A DNA stretch of 64,000 bases from positions 62,001 to 126,000 of the forward strand of contig JAPDFW010000068.1 of the NCBI GenBank assembly GCA_028826165.1, written 5' to 3'. The translations under genes were made by a program, and so were the position numbers. This DNA is from Anaeramoeba ignava BMAN (taxonomy: Eukaryota; Protista; Anaeramoebae). The notes under the pieces were generated by a model. It saw only the letters and a list, made by a program, of their open reading frames with translations, made no database searches and had not been told where the DNA came from. This document shows positions 14,535 through 28,000 of the stretch, piece after piece; position 1 is the stretch's first letter, and each line of letters opens with the position of its first letter.

Positions 14535-16279
14535 TTAATTATCAGGATCTTCAATAATAATTTCTTTATTCTTAATTTTTCTTGTAATTTCTTTTGGACT
14601 TTGTCCATCAACAGTAGCTCCAATAGCCAAACAAGTACCTAAAATTTGAAGAACTGTTCCTTCGAACTTTTTTGATAAACTTCGAGGTCTCATTATTGTT
14701 GCCATTTCTTTAATTTGATCTAATGTTAAATTTCCCTTATGTTTAAATGGAATTTTTTTTCTTCTTTCTCTTGGTGGTTCATTTAAAGCTTTGATTATCA
14801 AATTTGCTGCTGATGGTATAACTTCAATCTCAGCTTGTCTATTACGTATAGTTAATCTACAAGAAACTTTCATTCCTTTCCATTCTGCTGTTGCAGCCAT
14901 AATATCATCTCCAATTTTTTTTGGTGACTTTATAATTTTAATTATAATTTAAATTTTAATTTTAATTTTAATTTTAATTTTAATTTTAATTTTAATTTTA
15001 ATTTTAATTTTAATTTTAATTTTAATTTTAATTTTAATTTTAATTATAATTTTAATTTTAATTTTGATTTTAATTTTAATTTTAATTTTAATTTTAATTT
15101 TAATTTTAATTTTAATTTTAATTTTAATTTTAATTTTAATTTTAAATTTTAATTTTAATTTTTAATTTTAATTTTAATTTTTATTAATTTTAAATTTTAA
15201 TTTTAATTTTTGATTTAATTTTAATTTTAATTTTAATTTTTAATTTTAATTTTAATTTTAATTTTTAATTTTAATTTTAATTTTAATTTTAATTTTAATT
15301 TTAATTTTAATTTTAATTTTTAATTTTAATTTTAATTTTAATTTTAATTTTAATTTTAATTTTAATTTTAATTTTTAATTTTAATTTTAATTTTAATTTT
15401 AATTTTTTAATTTTTTAATTTTAATTTTAATTTTAATTTTAATTTTAATTTTAATTTTAATTTTAATTTTAATTTTAATTTTAATTTTAATTTTAATTTT
15501 TTAATTTTAATTTTAATTTTTAATTTTAATTTTAATTTTAATTTTAATTTTTAATTTTAATTTTAATTTTAATTTTAATTTTAATTTTAATTTTAAATTT
15601 TAATTTTAATTTTAATTTTAATATTAATTTTAATTTTAATTTTATAAATGAATTTTAATTTTAATTTTGATTTAAATTTTAATATTAATTTTAATTTGAT
15701 TTGATTTTAATTTTAATGAATTTTAATTTTAATTTTTAATTTTAATTTTAATTTTAATTTTAATTTTAATTTTAATTTTAATTTTAATTTTAATTTTAAT
15801 TTTTAATTTTAATTTTAATTTTAATTTTAATTTTAATTTTTAATTTTAATTTTTAATTTTTAATTTTAATTTTTAATTTTAATTTTAATTTTAATTTTAA
15901 ATTTAATTTTAATTTTAATTTTAATTTTAATTTTAATTTTAATTTTAATTTTAAATTTTAATTTTAATTTTAATTTTAATTTTAATTTTAATTTTAATTT
16001 TGATTTTAATTTTAATTTGAATTTTAATTTTAATTTTAATTTTAATTTTAATTTTAATTTTAATTTTGATTTTAATTTTAATTTTAATTTTTAATTTTAA
16101 TTTTAATTTTAATTTTAATTTTAATTTTAATTTTAATTTTAATTTTAATTTTAATTTTAAATTACCAATCCAAGTGGCCCAATTTTTGGTGCAAGAGATG
16201 ATAATCCGCTTGGATCTCCTGCAAGAACTCTAACTGTAATAACTGTAGCTTCTCCTCCTTGATCTGCTTTTGGTGGCAT
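14535..16279 (-). CDS. RPL12: 60S ribosomal protein L12 (uL11). Exons 16279-16166 and 14927-14535
   Basis: MPPK..SSLAPKIGPLGL|SPKKIGDDI..WKGMKV..NRQA..PSAA..IKALNEPPRER..RSLS..ILGTC; GT-AG intron. Confidence 0.96.
14930..16160. repeat. (TTTTAA)n microsatellite filling the RPL12 intron
   Basis: About 1.2 kb hexamer array. Confidence 0.92.
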
Positions 16280-16757
16280 TCTATCTATATATTAATAAAT
16301 AATTTTAATTTTTAATTTTGAATTTTAATAAATTAAAGAGAGTAATTGAATTAAATTTAATTAAATTCAATTAAATTAAATTTTGTTGTTTTGTTTTATT
16401 TTCTTCATTCTTTCTGTGTTTATATTTATATTTCTGTGTTTATTTTATATTTCTGTGTTTATTTTATAAATTTTTTTTTAATTCAAACCTTTTTTTTTTT
16501 GTTTATATTTTTTTTTTTTAAAAAGAAAAAGAAAAAAAATGAAAATAAAAATTAAAAAAAAAATTTTTTTTTCTTTTTTTTTTATTTAATTTTATTTAAT
16601 TTCATATAAAAATATATAGCTAAAAAAAAATATTATGAAATGATGTAATAAGTTAATATTATTTTATATATATAATAATTAATATTATTATTTATTTTTA
16701 TTTTTATTTTTCATTTTTTTTCATTTTTTTTTCATTAAAATTAATAAAAAATAATAA

Positions 16758-19700
16758 ATGGTTCGTTTTGTTCAAGATAGAAATAAAATAATTCAAGCAA
16801 ATGAACATGTAATTAAAGCTTTTATTGAAATGGGATTTGAAAGAGAAGCAATAATTAAAGCAATTAATGCAGTTGGAAGTATTCATGAAAATATTTTAAA
16901 TTATCTTTTTGAACATCCTGGTTTGTTTTTTTTTTAAATTATTTCAAACAAAATTCTTAATTTTAATTTTAATTTTAATTTTAATTATAATTTTAATTTT
17001 AATTTAATATTAATTTTAATTATAATAATTTTAATTATAATATTAATTATAATTATAATAATTTTAATATCAATATTAATTATAATTTTAATTTTAATAT
17101 TAATTATAATTTTAATATCAATATTAATTTTAATTTTAATTATAATTATAATTTTAATATTAATTATAATTTTAATATTAATTGTAATTCTAATATTAAT
17201 TTTAATTATAATTTTAGATAATCAAGAAGATGATGAAAAACCTAAAGTTGAAACTGGTGATGCTGATATTGGTTTAAGTTATTCAAATCAAGATGAAGAA
17301 TCTTCTTTAAGAAATTCTGATATGCAAAGAAAACCAGATTTTGAACCTGCAGGAAAAGTTTGTTATATCTACTTCTTTTAAAGCTAGATTTTTTATAATT
17401 ATTTCATTTCTAATTTTAATTTTTGATTGAAATTCAAAATTCAAAATTCAAAATTCAAAATTCAAAATTCAAATTAAAATTCAAAATTCAAAATTCAAAA
17501 TTCAAATTCAAAATTCAAAATTCAAAATTCAAAATTCAAAATTCAAAATTCAAATTAAAATTAAAATTAAAATTAAAATTAAAAATTAAAATTAAAATTA
17601 AAATCAAAATTAAAAATTAAAATTAAAATTAAAATTAAAATTAAAATTAAAATTAAAATTAAAATTAAAATTAAAATGAAAATCAAAATCCAAAATTAAA
17701 ATCAAAATTAAAATTAAAATTAAAATTAAAATCAAAAATTAAAATTAAAATTAAAATCAAAATCAAATCAAATCAAAATTTAAAATAAAAATCAAAATTA
17801 AATTAAAAATGTTACAGATTAATCAAACTAGATCATTCGATACTGACGTTGATATAAATAAAGCAATAGAAGAATCATTAAAAGATCAACAATATCAAGA
17901 AGTGGTGAATCCATTTGAAAAGGAACGAGATAAAAATCTTCCAGTTTCTTTAATTCGAGGAAATTCTTTAATTAATAATTTCTTACTTGCTTTTTTCTAT
18001 ATCCCTCAATTTCGAAATTCTATTCTTTCTATTTCACAAGGTTCTGAATGTAAACAATTTTTTCTCTTTTATTTTATTATTCTTTATTCAAATTAAATTA
18101 TAAAATTTTGAATGAAATTTTTTTTTAAAAAATTATTTTCAATTTAGTTTTGAAACAACTTCAAATATTATTTGGCAAACTTTTATTAACGCAAAAAAAA
18201 TATATTGATTCTTCATCAGCTATTCAAGAAATTTATGGAAAAATGTCTCAAATTCCAAAACATCAAGATAGTATTGAATTTTTACTTTTGTTTTTTGATC
18301 ATCTTCTATCATCTCCAAATGAACAATCCAATTATTTAATAAATCAAAAAGAAGAAACAAAAGAAGAAACAAAAGAAGAAATAAATCAAAATCAAGAAAT
18401 AAATCAAAATCAAGAAATAAATCAAAATCAAGAAATAAAAGAAGAAATAAATCAAAATCAAGAAATAAAAGAAAATCAAGAAATAAATCAAAATCAAGAA
18501 ATAAAAGAAAATAAAGAAATAAATCAAAATCAAGAAACAAAAGAAAATCAAGAAATAAATCAAAATCAAGAAATAAAAGAAAATCAAGAAATAAATCAAA
18601 ATCAAGAAACAAAAGAAAATCAAGAAATAAATCAAAATCAAGAAATAAAAGAAGAAATAAAAGAAGAAATAAAAGAAGAAATAAATCAAAATCAAGAAAT
18701 AAAAGAAAATCAAGAAATAAATCAAAATCAAGAAATAAATCAAAATCAAGAAATAAAAGAAGAAATAAATCAAAATCAAAATCAAGAAATAAAAGAAAAT
18801 CAAGAAATAAAAGAAGAAATAAAAGAAGAAATAAAAGAAGAAATAAAAGAAGAAATAAAAGAAGAAATAAATCAAAATCAAGAAATAAAAGAAGAAATAA
18901 AAAGAAAAATAAAAGAAAATAAAAAGAAGAAATAAAAGAAGAAACAAAAGAAAATCAAGAAATAAAAGAAAATCAAGAAACAAAAGAAAATCAAGAAATA
19001 GATCAAAATCAAAATCAAGAAATAAATCAAAATCAAGAAATAAAAGAAAATCAAGAAATAAAAGAAGAAATAAAAGAAGAAACAAAAGAAAATCAAGAAA
19101 TAAATCAAAATCAAGAAACAAAAGAAAATCAAGAAATAAATCAAAATCAAGAAATAAATCAAAATCAAAATCAAGAAATCAAAATCAAAATCAAGAAATA
19201 AAAGAAATAAAAGAAGAAATAAAAGAAAATAAAGAAATAAAAGAAGAAATAAATCAGGATCAAGAAGATTTGGAAGTCGAACAAATTTTAAGAAAAGAAT
19301 TTATAGAAATTGGAGAAGATATTATCAAAATTGACAGAGAAAATAAAAATGACGACTCAAATGAAAAAAAACAAATTGAAGATTTATTTACAGTATATTC
19401 TTCTGTCATTTCTCAAGAAAAAGATAATAAATCAAACGAAGAACCACTTGGAAATAAAATATCTTCAGAAAAATATATTATGCTTCATTCCACAACAGAA
19501 AAAACAATTTATGGATATTTAGACCAATATACAAAAATGGAACCAACTGAACATGGAATTTTATTCTCAAATTTGCCACCAGTATTAATAATCTTGATTA
19601 AGTCTTCTGTAAATGACCAAGACAAGCCATTCATTTTGGATGAAACCATTTTTATGGATCGTTATCTTTATTCAAATTTAGATGAAATTCAAAAAGAAAG

Positions 19701-21590
19701 AAAAAGTCTTTCAAATACTCAAAATAGTATCAAAACAAAAGTTGAAACACAAAAGAAACTTATTAATTTCAATAATACTGATATTGCACTTGATGCTTGC
19801 TTGCAAAATTCTCTTCATTATTTCACTAGAAATATAGGAGAGCGTAAAACTGAAAAACATTCAATATTACTTAATACACTTCAAGTTGAATATGAAAAGG
19901 TTAAGCAAGAAATCCAAGAAGTTTCAACAGAATTGGGAAATTTAAACGAATTATCAAGCAATGCCTTTCAGAACTTCAAAGACAAACCTTATCATTTACA
20001 ATCATTTATGCTTCAGAAAAGAAAGAAAGGAATTGATAAGCAGATGGTTTATATTAAAAACTTTGCAAATAAGAAATGGATTTGTTTTGAGGAAGGAACT
20101 AGTAGTGTTGTTGATCAAGAAGAAGCATTTAAAGAGGCATTTGGAGTTTATTCATTGATTTATATTGATGACAAGTTAATCAATAATGAAAAATTTACAT
20201 TTGAAAATAAAATTTCAGAATTTGTTTATGAAATTGTCGACAAAGATAACCAAGATTTTGAAAAAGAAAAGGAATTGTGGCAACAAAAATCATTACAAAA
20301 GGATTCCTTAATAAGATTTTCTACTTTTTCTGCTGAATTTAATAATAGCATTTATAAAATAGAAGATGAATGTAACGAAAAAACAAAGAAAAATAACGAA
20401 AATCCTCGCTTAATTAGTCAAATTCATTTTGAGTGGTGCCAAAAAAGGGTTCAAAATGCAAGATTCTTTCTTAGCAAAAAATATGTATGCAAAATATTTT
20501 GAAGGAGGAATTTTAGAACAAGATGAAAATGATGGTATTTTATTTGCAAAAGAAGTTTATGAAAAAGTTTTGGATACAAAATTTGTGAATATTCATCAGA
20601 TTGATACAATTTGCAATCCTGAATGGGAAGAATATCAAAGATTAGCGAAAATTGTATAAGAATATTAAATTAAAAATTAAAAATTAAATTAAATATTAAA
20701 TTAAAAATTAAATATTAAATTAAATATTAAATATTAAATTAAATATTAAATTAAAAATAAAATATTAAATTAAAAATTAAATATTAAATATTAAATTAAA
20801 TATTAAATTAAATATTAAATATTAAAATTAAAATTAAATTAAATTAAATATTAAAAATTAAATTAAAAATAAAATTAAATATTAAATATTAAATATTAAA
20901 TTAAAAATTAATATTTTATATATTAAATATTAAATTAAAATTAAAATTAAATTAAATATAAAATTAAAAATTAAATATTTTATATATTCATGTTTATATT
21001 GATTATAGTTCATTTCAGCATTGATTTCCGCTATCCAAAAAGATTTTTTTCACGCTTCTTATTCCATTCTTTATGTTTACAGATATAGAAGCAAATTTTC
21101 AACATATTTTTTCTCTTCTTTAATGAGATTTTTCGTATTTCAATTCTTTGAATCAATTGAAAAAAAACTCAAATCAAATGAAAGAAATGAAAATGAAAAA
21201 AATGAACTACTTAATCAAGGTGAACAAATTGCAAAAATAGTTAGAGCATTATTATCAGGAAAAACATCACTATTTTCTTTAAAAACATCTTCAGATCCAT
21301 TATTAACAGTTTTGAAACCAAGATGGGAAAAATTTGTTCACGATTCACAAGTTTATTTTGATTCTTATTCAATGAGTTTTGAACAACTTCAAAAATTAAG
21401 TGAAATTCGAGAAATTTTTGAAAAATCTCCAAATAGTCAAGATTATCAAATTTCTGATCCACAAATTTTTGATTCTGAAATTTCTAAATATAATTCAATT
21501 TATGAAGCTTATCAGATAATTTTGGATCAAATTTTTTCTTTATATGAAACTTCTTTTCATTCTTTTGAATTTCAAGATCTTGTTTTATAA
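16758..21590 (+). CDS. USP25/USP28/Ubp2-like UBA-UIM-USP protein, apparently catalytically inactive. Five exons (approx. 16758-16920, 17218-17357, 17818-18050, 18148-20653, 21009-21590) with frameshifts
   Basis: UBA (FIEMGFEREAIIKAI), UIM (DINKAIEESL) and USP-fold motifs LQILFGKLLLTQKKYIDSS, HQDSIEFL, FSNLPPVLII, IFMDRYL, PYHLQSF and KWICFEE. Confidence 0.75.
18340..19260 (+). repeat. Coding low-complexity repeat (EINQNQ / EIKE) inserted in the USP domain
   Basis: Tandem GAAATAAATCAAAATCAA / GAAATAAAAGAA units; no GT donor at the start, so probably exonic. Confidence 0.75.
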
Positions 21591-22109
21591 AAAGAAAAGA
21601 AAAGAAAAGAAAAGAAAAGAAGAAAATTTCTATTTTAAAAAAGAAAAAATAAAAAGGAGAAAAAAAAGTTTTTTTAATTGAAATTTTTAATTGAAATTTA
21701 AAATTGGAAAAAAAATGATGACGTAGTTTAGTTTAATTTAGTTTAAGTTAATTTAGTTTAATTTAGATTTAATTTAATTTAATTTAATTTAATTTAAAAA
21801 AAAATTTAATTTAAAAAATTCAAAAATCATTTTTTTTTCTTTCTTTTTATTATTTTTTCCTTTTATTGTTTTTATTTCTGAATTAAATTTTTTTTCTTAC
21901 TTTTATTCTTTTATTCTTTTTTCACTTTTTTTTTTTATATTTTTTTGTTCAGAAATTAATTTAGATTTTGAACCTTCAAAATTTTAATTTACAAACAAAT
22001 AAATAACAAACTACCAAAAAAAAAACAAAACAAAAAAACCGTAAATAAGTGATATTTATAATTGTACATAACAAAAATAACTGTAAAACCATTGATAAAA
22101 ATAAATAAA

Positions 22110-24818
22110 ATGAAACAAGAAACAACAAATCAATCAAGATTTTTAAGAAATCATCAAAATAACTCATCTCCAAATTCTTCAAATTATGCATGGAATAGTG
22201 ATCGGAATTACCATAACAATCACTATAATTCAAATCGAAAACAATATAAACAAAGAAATTACAATCGAGCTTTCAAATCAAATCAAAATCAAAATGAAAA
22301 TGAAAATGAAAATGAAAATAAAAATAATAGAAATAAAAATAAAAGAAATAAAAATGAAATTAAAAATGAAAATGAAATTAAAAATGAAAATGAAAATGAA
22401 AATGAAAATGAAAATGAAAATAAAATTCAAAATGAAATTCAAAATGAAATTCAAAATGAAGTTCAAAGTGAAAATCTGATACGTTATTCAAAATCTGCTT
22501 TAATCCAAATTGGCTTATCACAACCGTTACGCAAACCACTCAAAAAATTAGTTTCATTTCTTCAAAAATACCCTGAATTAAGTCTCTCTTTACCACAAAA
22601 AGCTCATCCACAATGGAATCAAAGCAAGCAAACAAATGGATTTTCAAATTATGAAGAAAAATTTGTAGAAAATGGAGAAAAATTACAAAAAACAAAAGCA
22701 AATGAAATAGAAAATACAAATTTAACTCAAAGAAATGAAAGATTAGAATTTCTCAGAAATATAGCAAGCCCACAAAGTTCATTTTCAAGTGTTATGACAA
22801 GAACAAGCAAAGAAAATTTGAGAAATGATAAAAATTTGGAATTTGGGAATAATAGTATGAATAATAGTAATAATATTAATAACAATAATATGAACAGAGA
22901 AGTCAATTTGAATTTGAATATGAACTTGAATATGAACTTGAATTTGAATTTGAATGGTAAAAACAAACCAATTCAGGATAGTATTATTGAAAGTCAAAAT
23001 GATAAAAGTCGTGATATTAATAATATTCCCAAAAATTCACACATTTTCAATGAGCAAAAAACAAAACAAAGTTTTGAAACTTTGAACAATCATTCGAATT
23101 CACCAAATTTATTTTTCACGAAAATGAATCATTTTGAGCAGAAATTAAGCGAAGCTACAAAATTTCCAGAATCACAACAAAAACCCCAAATAACATCAAC
23201 AACAAGTGCATTTTCAGAAATGTCATTTTTTGAGAAGAATAAAGAGAAAAATGATCAGAATTTGAAAGGAAATTATGGAAATTTTCTGAACAGTTTCCAA
23301 GAAAGCAAACTAGATAGTGTTGAAGATTCATTTAGAAGATTAGAAGATAATTTCCAACAAGAATTTTTGATGAATACAAAAAAAAGTCCAAAGTCAAATT
23401 TGCAAATTAATACCAATACCAATACCAATACCAATACCAATACCAATAACAATAACAATAACAATAATAATTTGCCAAAATGGGTTCAAAATATTATTAC
23501 AGAAATTTCACCGCAAAAATTAAATCAAACTAAAGAAGATAATCAGCCACAAATGGATACAGCAAATCAATCTTTCAAAAAGGAAACATTTGAAAACAAA
23601 TCATCAAACATTGAAAATCAAGAAAAATATCAATTTAGTCAGACATTAAATTCTTTTTCAGCAAACCATACTTATGAACCAGATTATTCAACGTTTTCAT
23701 TTCATCAATCAAAATCTGAATATGAATATCAAACAAAATCAACTTTTTCAATGATTCCTAATAATTCTCAACAACACAATATTAATAATAATATTATTGA
23801 TAATAATATTCGTTCCGGTTTGAATAATTCTTTTTTTAATCCAAATCCAAATCCAAATTTGAATTATTTAAATTCAAGTCATTTAAATCAAAATTATTTA
23901 AATCAAAATCATTTAAATCCAAATCATTCAAATCCAAATCCAAATTCAAATCAAAATTATTCAAATCCAAATCAAAATTATTTAAATCAAAATCATTTAA
24001 ATCAAAATCATTCAAATCAAAATCATTTAAATCCAAATCATTTAAATCCAAATCAAAATCCAAATCATTTAAATCCAAATCCAAATTCAAATCATTTAAA
24101 TCCAAATCCAAATTCAAATCAAAATTATTTAAATCAAAATCATTCAAATCCAAATCAAAATCCAAATCATTTAAATCAAAATCATTTAAATCCAAATTTG
24201 AATTATTTAAATCAAAATCATTCAAATCCAAATCATTTCAATCAAAATCAAAACCCAAATCATTTAAATCAAAATTATTTAAATCAAAATCAAAATTCAA
24301 ATCATTTAAATCAAAATCAAAATCATTTAAATCAAAATCATTTAAATCAAAATTATTTAAATCAAAACCAAAATCAAAATTATTTAAATCCAAGCCATTT
24401 AAATCAAAACCAAAACCCAAATCAAAATGAAAATCATTTTAATTTAAATCCAAAACATTTTAATTTAAATCACTTGGATTATTTAAATCAAAATCAAAAC
24501 CCAAATCAAAATGAAAATGAAAATCATTTTAATTTAAATCAAAACGAAAATCAAAATCAAAATGAAAATGAAAATCATTTTAATTTAAATCAAAATGAAA
24601 ATCAAAATCAAAATCAAAATCAAAATCATTTTAATTTAAATCTTAATCAAAATTTCAATTTCAACCAAAGACTCAATAATTTCCAAAATTCTTTTTTTAA
24701 TTCCAATAATCCTTTTTATTCTAATATTCAAAATCAAGAAGAAGAAGAACAAAAAATCCCAACAAACAAATCTTCTTTTAATTCAACTCAAAAATTTGCT
24801 CATTTATGGCAAAATTAA
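22110..24818 (+). CDS. Asn/Gln/His-rich low-complexity protein with a candidate eIF4E-binding motif
   Basis: Long uninterrupted ORF with first ATG at 22110, RYSKSALIQI and (NQNHLN)n repeats. Confidence 0.7.
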   Translation: MKQETTNQSRFLRNHQNNSSPNSSNYAWNSDRNYHNNHYNSNRKQYKQRNYNRAFKSNQNQNENENENENKNNRNKNKRNKNEIKNENEIKNENENENENENENKIQNEIQNEIQNEVQSENLIRYSKSALIQIGLSQPLRKPLKKLVSFLQKYPELSLSLPQKAHPQWNQSKQTNGFSNYEEKFVENGEKLQKTKANEIENTNLTQRNERLEFLRNIASPQSSFSSVMTRTSKENLRNDKNLEFGNNSMNNSNNINNNNMNREVNLNLNMNLNMNLNLNLNGKNKPIQDSIIESQNDKSRDINNIPKNSHIFNEQKTKQSFETLNNHSNSPNLFFTKMNHFEQKLSEATKFPESQQKPQITSTTSAFSEMSFFEKNKEKNDQNLKGNYGNFLNSFQESKLDSVEDSFRRLEDNFQQEFLMNTKKSPKSNLQINTNTNTNTNTNTNNNNNNNNNLPKWVQNIITEISPQKLNQTKEDNQPQMDTANQSFKKETFENKSSNIENQEKYQFSQTLNSFSANHTYEPDYSTFSFHQSKSEYEYQTKSTFSMIPNNSQQHNINNNIIDNNIRSGLNNSFFNPNPNPNLNYLNSSHLNQNYLNQNHLNPNHSNPNPNSNQNYSNPNQNYLNQNHLNQNHSNQNHLNPNHLNPNQNPNHLNPNPNSNHLNPNPNSNQNYLNQNHSNPNQNPNHLNQNHLNPNLNYLNQNHSNPNHFNQNQNPNHLNQNYLNQNQNSNHLNQNQNHLNQNHLNQNYLNQNQNQNYLNPSHLNQNQNPNQNENHFNLNPKHFNLNHLDYLNQNQNPNQNENENHFNLNQNENQNQNENENHFNLNQNENQNQNQNQNHFNLNLNQNFNFNQRLNNFQNSFFNSNNPFYSNIQNQEEEEQKIPTNKSSFNSTQKFAHLWQN

Positions 24819-25052
24819 ATTTACAAAAACAAAAACAAAAACAAAAACAAAAACAAAAACAAAAACAAAAACAAAAACAAAAACAAAAGCAAAGCTTCTT
24901 TTCTTTTCTTTTCTTTTCTTTCATTTTTTTTTTTAATTTGAAATTTGATAAAAAAAAAAGCAAAAAAAAAAGTGAATTATTTTTGAATTATTTTTGAATT
25001 ATTTTTGAATTATTTTTGAATTTCGTTTTTAAATTTTGTTTTTGTTTTTAAA

Positions 25053-28000
25053 TTATTTTCTGAAACTTCTTTGGCTTTGATTCAAAAATTTCAATTCTCC
25101 TTCAAGATTATCAATATTCTTATTAACAATCTGAAGAAGTCTTTCCTTTTCTCTTTGTTTACGAAGAATTTCTTCTTGCATTCTTCTTTGATTTTCAGTC
25201 AAATTTTGATGAAGTCGTTTGAACCCATTTCTTTCATTTTCCAAATCTTCTTTGAGTTTTTTTGCAGTAGCTTCTGCAGCTCTTCTTCTCCTTTCAGCTT
25301 CTTCATCAGGAACAACAACAAATTTCTCACGAACAGGAGTAAGAATATTTTTAATGATATTTCGAGGAAGATTTGAATTTGAAGGTGAATTAGAATTAGA
25401 ATTAGAATTATCAACAAGATCAACATTTTTGCCATTTGGTTTTTGAGGCGTTGAATTTGAATCATTGTGAGGTTGTGAAGATTTCAGAATTGAGGACTTT
25501 GGTTGCAGTGTTGAGGAGAACAGATTAGGTGAGCTTGGAAATCTCTTTCGGTTTTGAGACGTCGAAAAGGGAAGTGTTTGCGTATTGTAGAAATTCATGT
25601 CATCGGCACTTCGACTTGTTTTTGATTTAAATGAAAATTTAGTTGAATCAGGTATCACTTTTTTTCTCAGACTATCTGCAAACATAACAATGTGGGATAG
25701 AGACCGCAGCTGAGAACCTTGTTCTGTATAAGAGGGTGAAGATTCATCAAATTCAGGAATGTTATTTTGATGGTGAAGAAGTTGTATATATTCGGGCAAA
25801 TTCTCTGTTGAAAATGGTTGGTTCAGGATCGTTCTTGCTACGTCTCTGCCGTACAACAGTGGGATTCCAAGCATCACTTCGAGCACTGAGCGTTCCATGA
25901 TGATATAATTTTTGAGTTGCTTTTTGAGTAGATTGTTCTGGAAGGTCAGTGATTCGAGTTGGGGTTTGATGTCTGAGATTTCTGTCGTGAGCTCCAGAAT
26001 GGTTCTGGAGTTTTGGTCGGGTGAGGAAGTAATGTACTTCTCAACCGCATTGCGAAGATTATGCAAGTCTTTTTTTGTTACGGGATTGTATGCTTGGGAT
26101 GGTTTGATCTTGAAGAAAAGAGTTTGTGCCCAATTTTCCCAGTCAAAATCAGGATCCACAGTTTGATTTCCCATTCCTTGACGAGAAAAGCGAGCTGCAA
26201 ATGAGGGATTGGAGTTTATGTGCCGGATAAGATCTGTGAGGTATCTTTGGATATAAACAACGGGGGATGATCGGAAGGAAGCGGATGAAAAAGTTGTTTG
26301 TGGATCGATTAATTTTGCAAGAGCAACAAGAGGATCCCTGAGTCGTTCCATTTCGGATAAGGGAATGTTTGAGTCCATTTCATTGGGTTGTTTGTTTATC
26401 AGATACTCGAGTTGATCCTGGAGATCGTTAACGTTTTTATCCTGCTGATGGAGATTGTCTTCCAGAATGTTTATTTTTTCTAGAAGTTGTTTTTTTTCAG
26501 AGTCAGGCATTGCGTTGTCTGATGTGAGCTGGTTTTTCTTTGCAGACAACTCGTGGAGGAAGGCTTGTTGTTGGCGCATTTGACTTGCAAGTTCTGTGTT
26601 CTGTTTTTTCAAGTTCTGGAGAAACTCCTGTCGTTGCTTGATGATGTCGTCGATGTGGAGTCTTTCTCTGAAATTGGCGCTTCTTTGCACAAGTTTTGAG
26701 AAGGGATTGCCCTGTTTTTCTTTTGGTGAGCTCATATGGGGTTGATGTTGTTGAGTACGTACGTTTTTGAACTCGATGTTTCCGCGTTTTCGATCTTCAT
26801 CCAAATTTTTTGATATTTTTTCAAGTTCGTTTTTAAGATGATCGTTTATTAGTGAAAGTTGTTTATTGTCATTCTCGAATTTGCGGAGGTTTTTGGCATT
26901 CTCTTCGTTTTGTGCCTGAAGTTGGATAATCGTCTCAACTTGGTTATTGAGGTTTTGCTGGTTTTTGTCTTTTAATTCGTTCAAAAACCCGATTTGCTGT
27001 TGATCGTTTTTGGATTTTGCCTTGAGTTTCTCATTCTCGCTGGCAATCTCATTGGCGTTCTGGTTGGCTTGTTTCAGCTGTTCGAAGAGATTGTTGAATT
27101 GCTCGGCGTTGTTGTTGAGTTTTTCTTTGTCCTCTTGAGCTTGTTGTTCCAAAAACGCGATTTTTTGATGTGCTTTTTTGAGTTCTGCCAATTGTTTATC
27201 GATTTGATCAGCATTTTGTGCGAGTTTTTGTATCATGTTATCAATCTGATTTTTTCTTTTTTCAGCAAGTTGAGTGAGGGCTTGATTTTGCTTTGTGAGC
27301 TGGTCATTATTGTATTCGAGTTGGTTATTTTTTGTGTTGAATTGAGTGTTTTGAGCTGTGAGTTCGTGTATTTTGTTCTGCATTGGTTCGATCTGTGCGA
27401 CTTGTGCCTCTAACGGTTTGCGTTGTGCCTGGAGCTTGACGACCTGTTGTTGAAGTTCGTATGCCTGAGCCTGCAAGGAGATCTTGTCTTTTTCGTTTTT
27501 GTTTTGGGTTGTTTCAAGATCTTCTATTCTCTTTTTTAAATTTTTATTTTCAGCATTTTCACTTTCGAGTTTATAGTTGAGAATATTAGCTTGACCAGAA
27601 ACACTTGCAAGATCATTCTCGGCGTTCTTAAGCTTGATTTGGCTCTCTTGTGCTTGTTGTTGCAGGAAGGCGTTTTCGTTTTTAAGGGATTGGATCTGCT
27701 TATCCTGTGAGCCAAACTGCTGGTAAATGCGGTCGATCTCAGCAAGTTTTTGCTCTGTTTGCTTTGTAAGAGCCTGGCACTGCTTCTGGTACTTCAAAGA
27801 GTTGTGCGCGTGTGTGTTCTGTTAATGTGTCCATTTGGTCTTGGAGGATTTTGTTCTGTTGGGAAAGGATCTTTGCCTGATCTGATGCAATTTTGGCGTT
27901 TTGTTTTTCGTTTTCAAGTTGAGTTTCGAGTTCGTTGATTTTCTGCATCTGTAGAAACTCTTCTTGGGTCTTTTCCTGGAGCTTCTTGTTCAGTTTTGTG

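Noticed and set aside
18220-19174. Antisense hydrophobic ORFs (FLDFDL / FFYFLI), and other antisense ORFs within long genes
   Set aside because: Shadow frames of sense-strand coding repeats or GC-richer exons; no independent evidence.
21717-21726. CRE-like TGACGT upstream of the Asn-rich gene, and TGACGAGTC on the minus strand near 42762
   Set aside because: Single short occurrences with no repeated positional support in this window.
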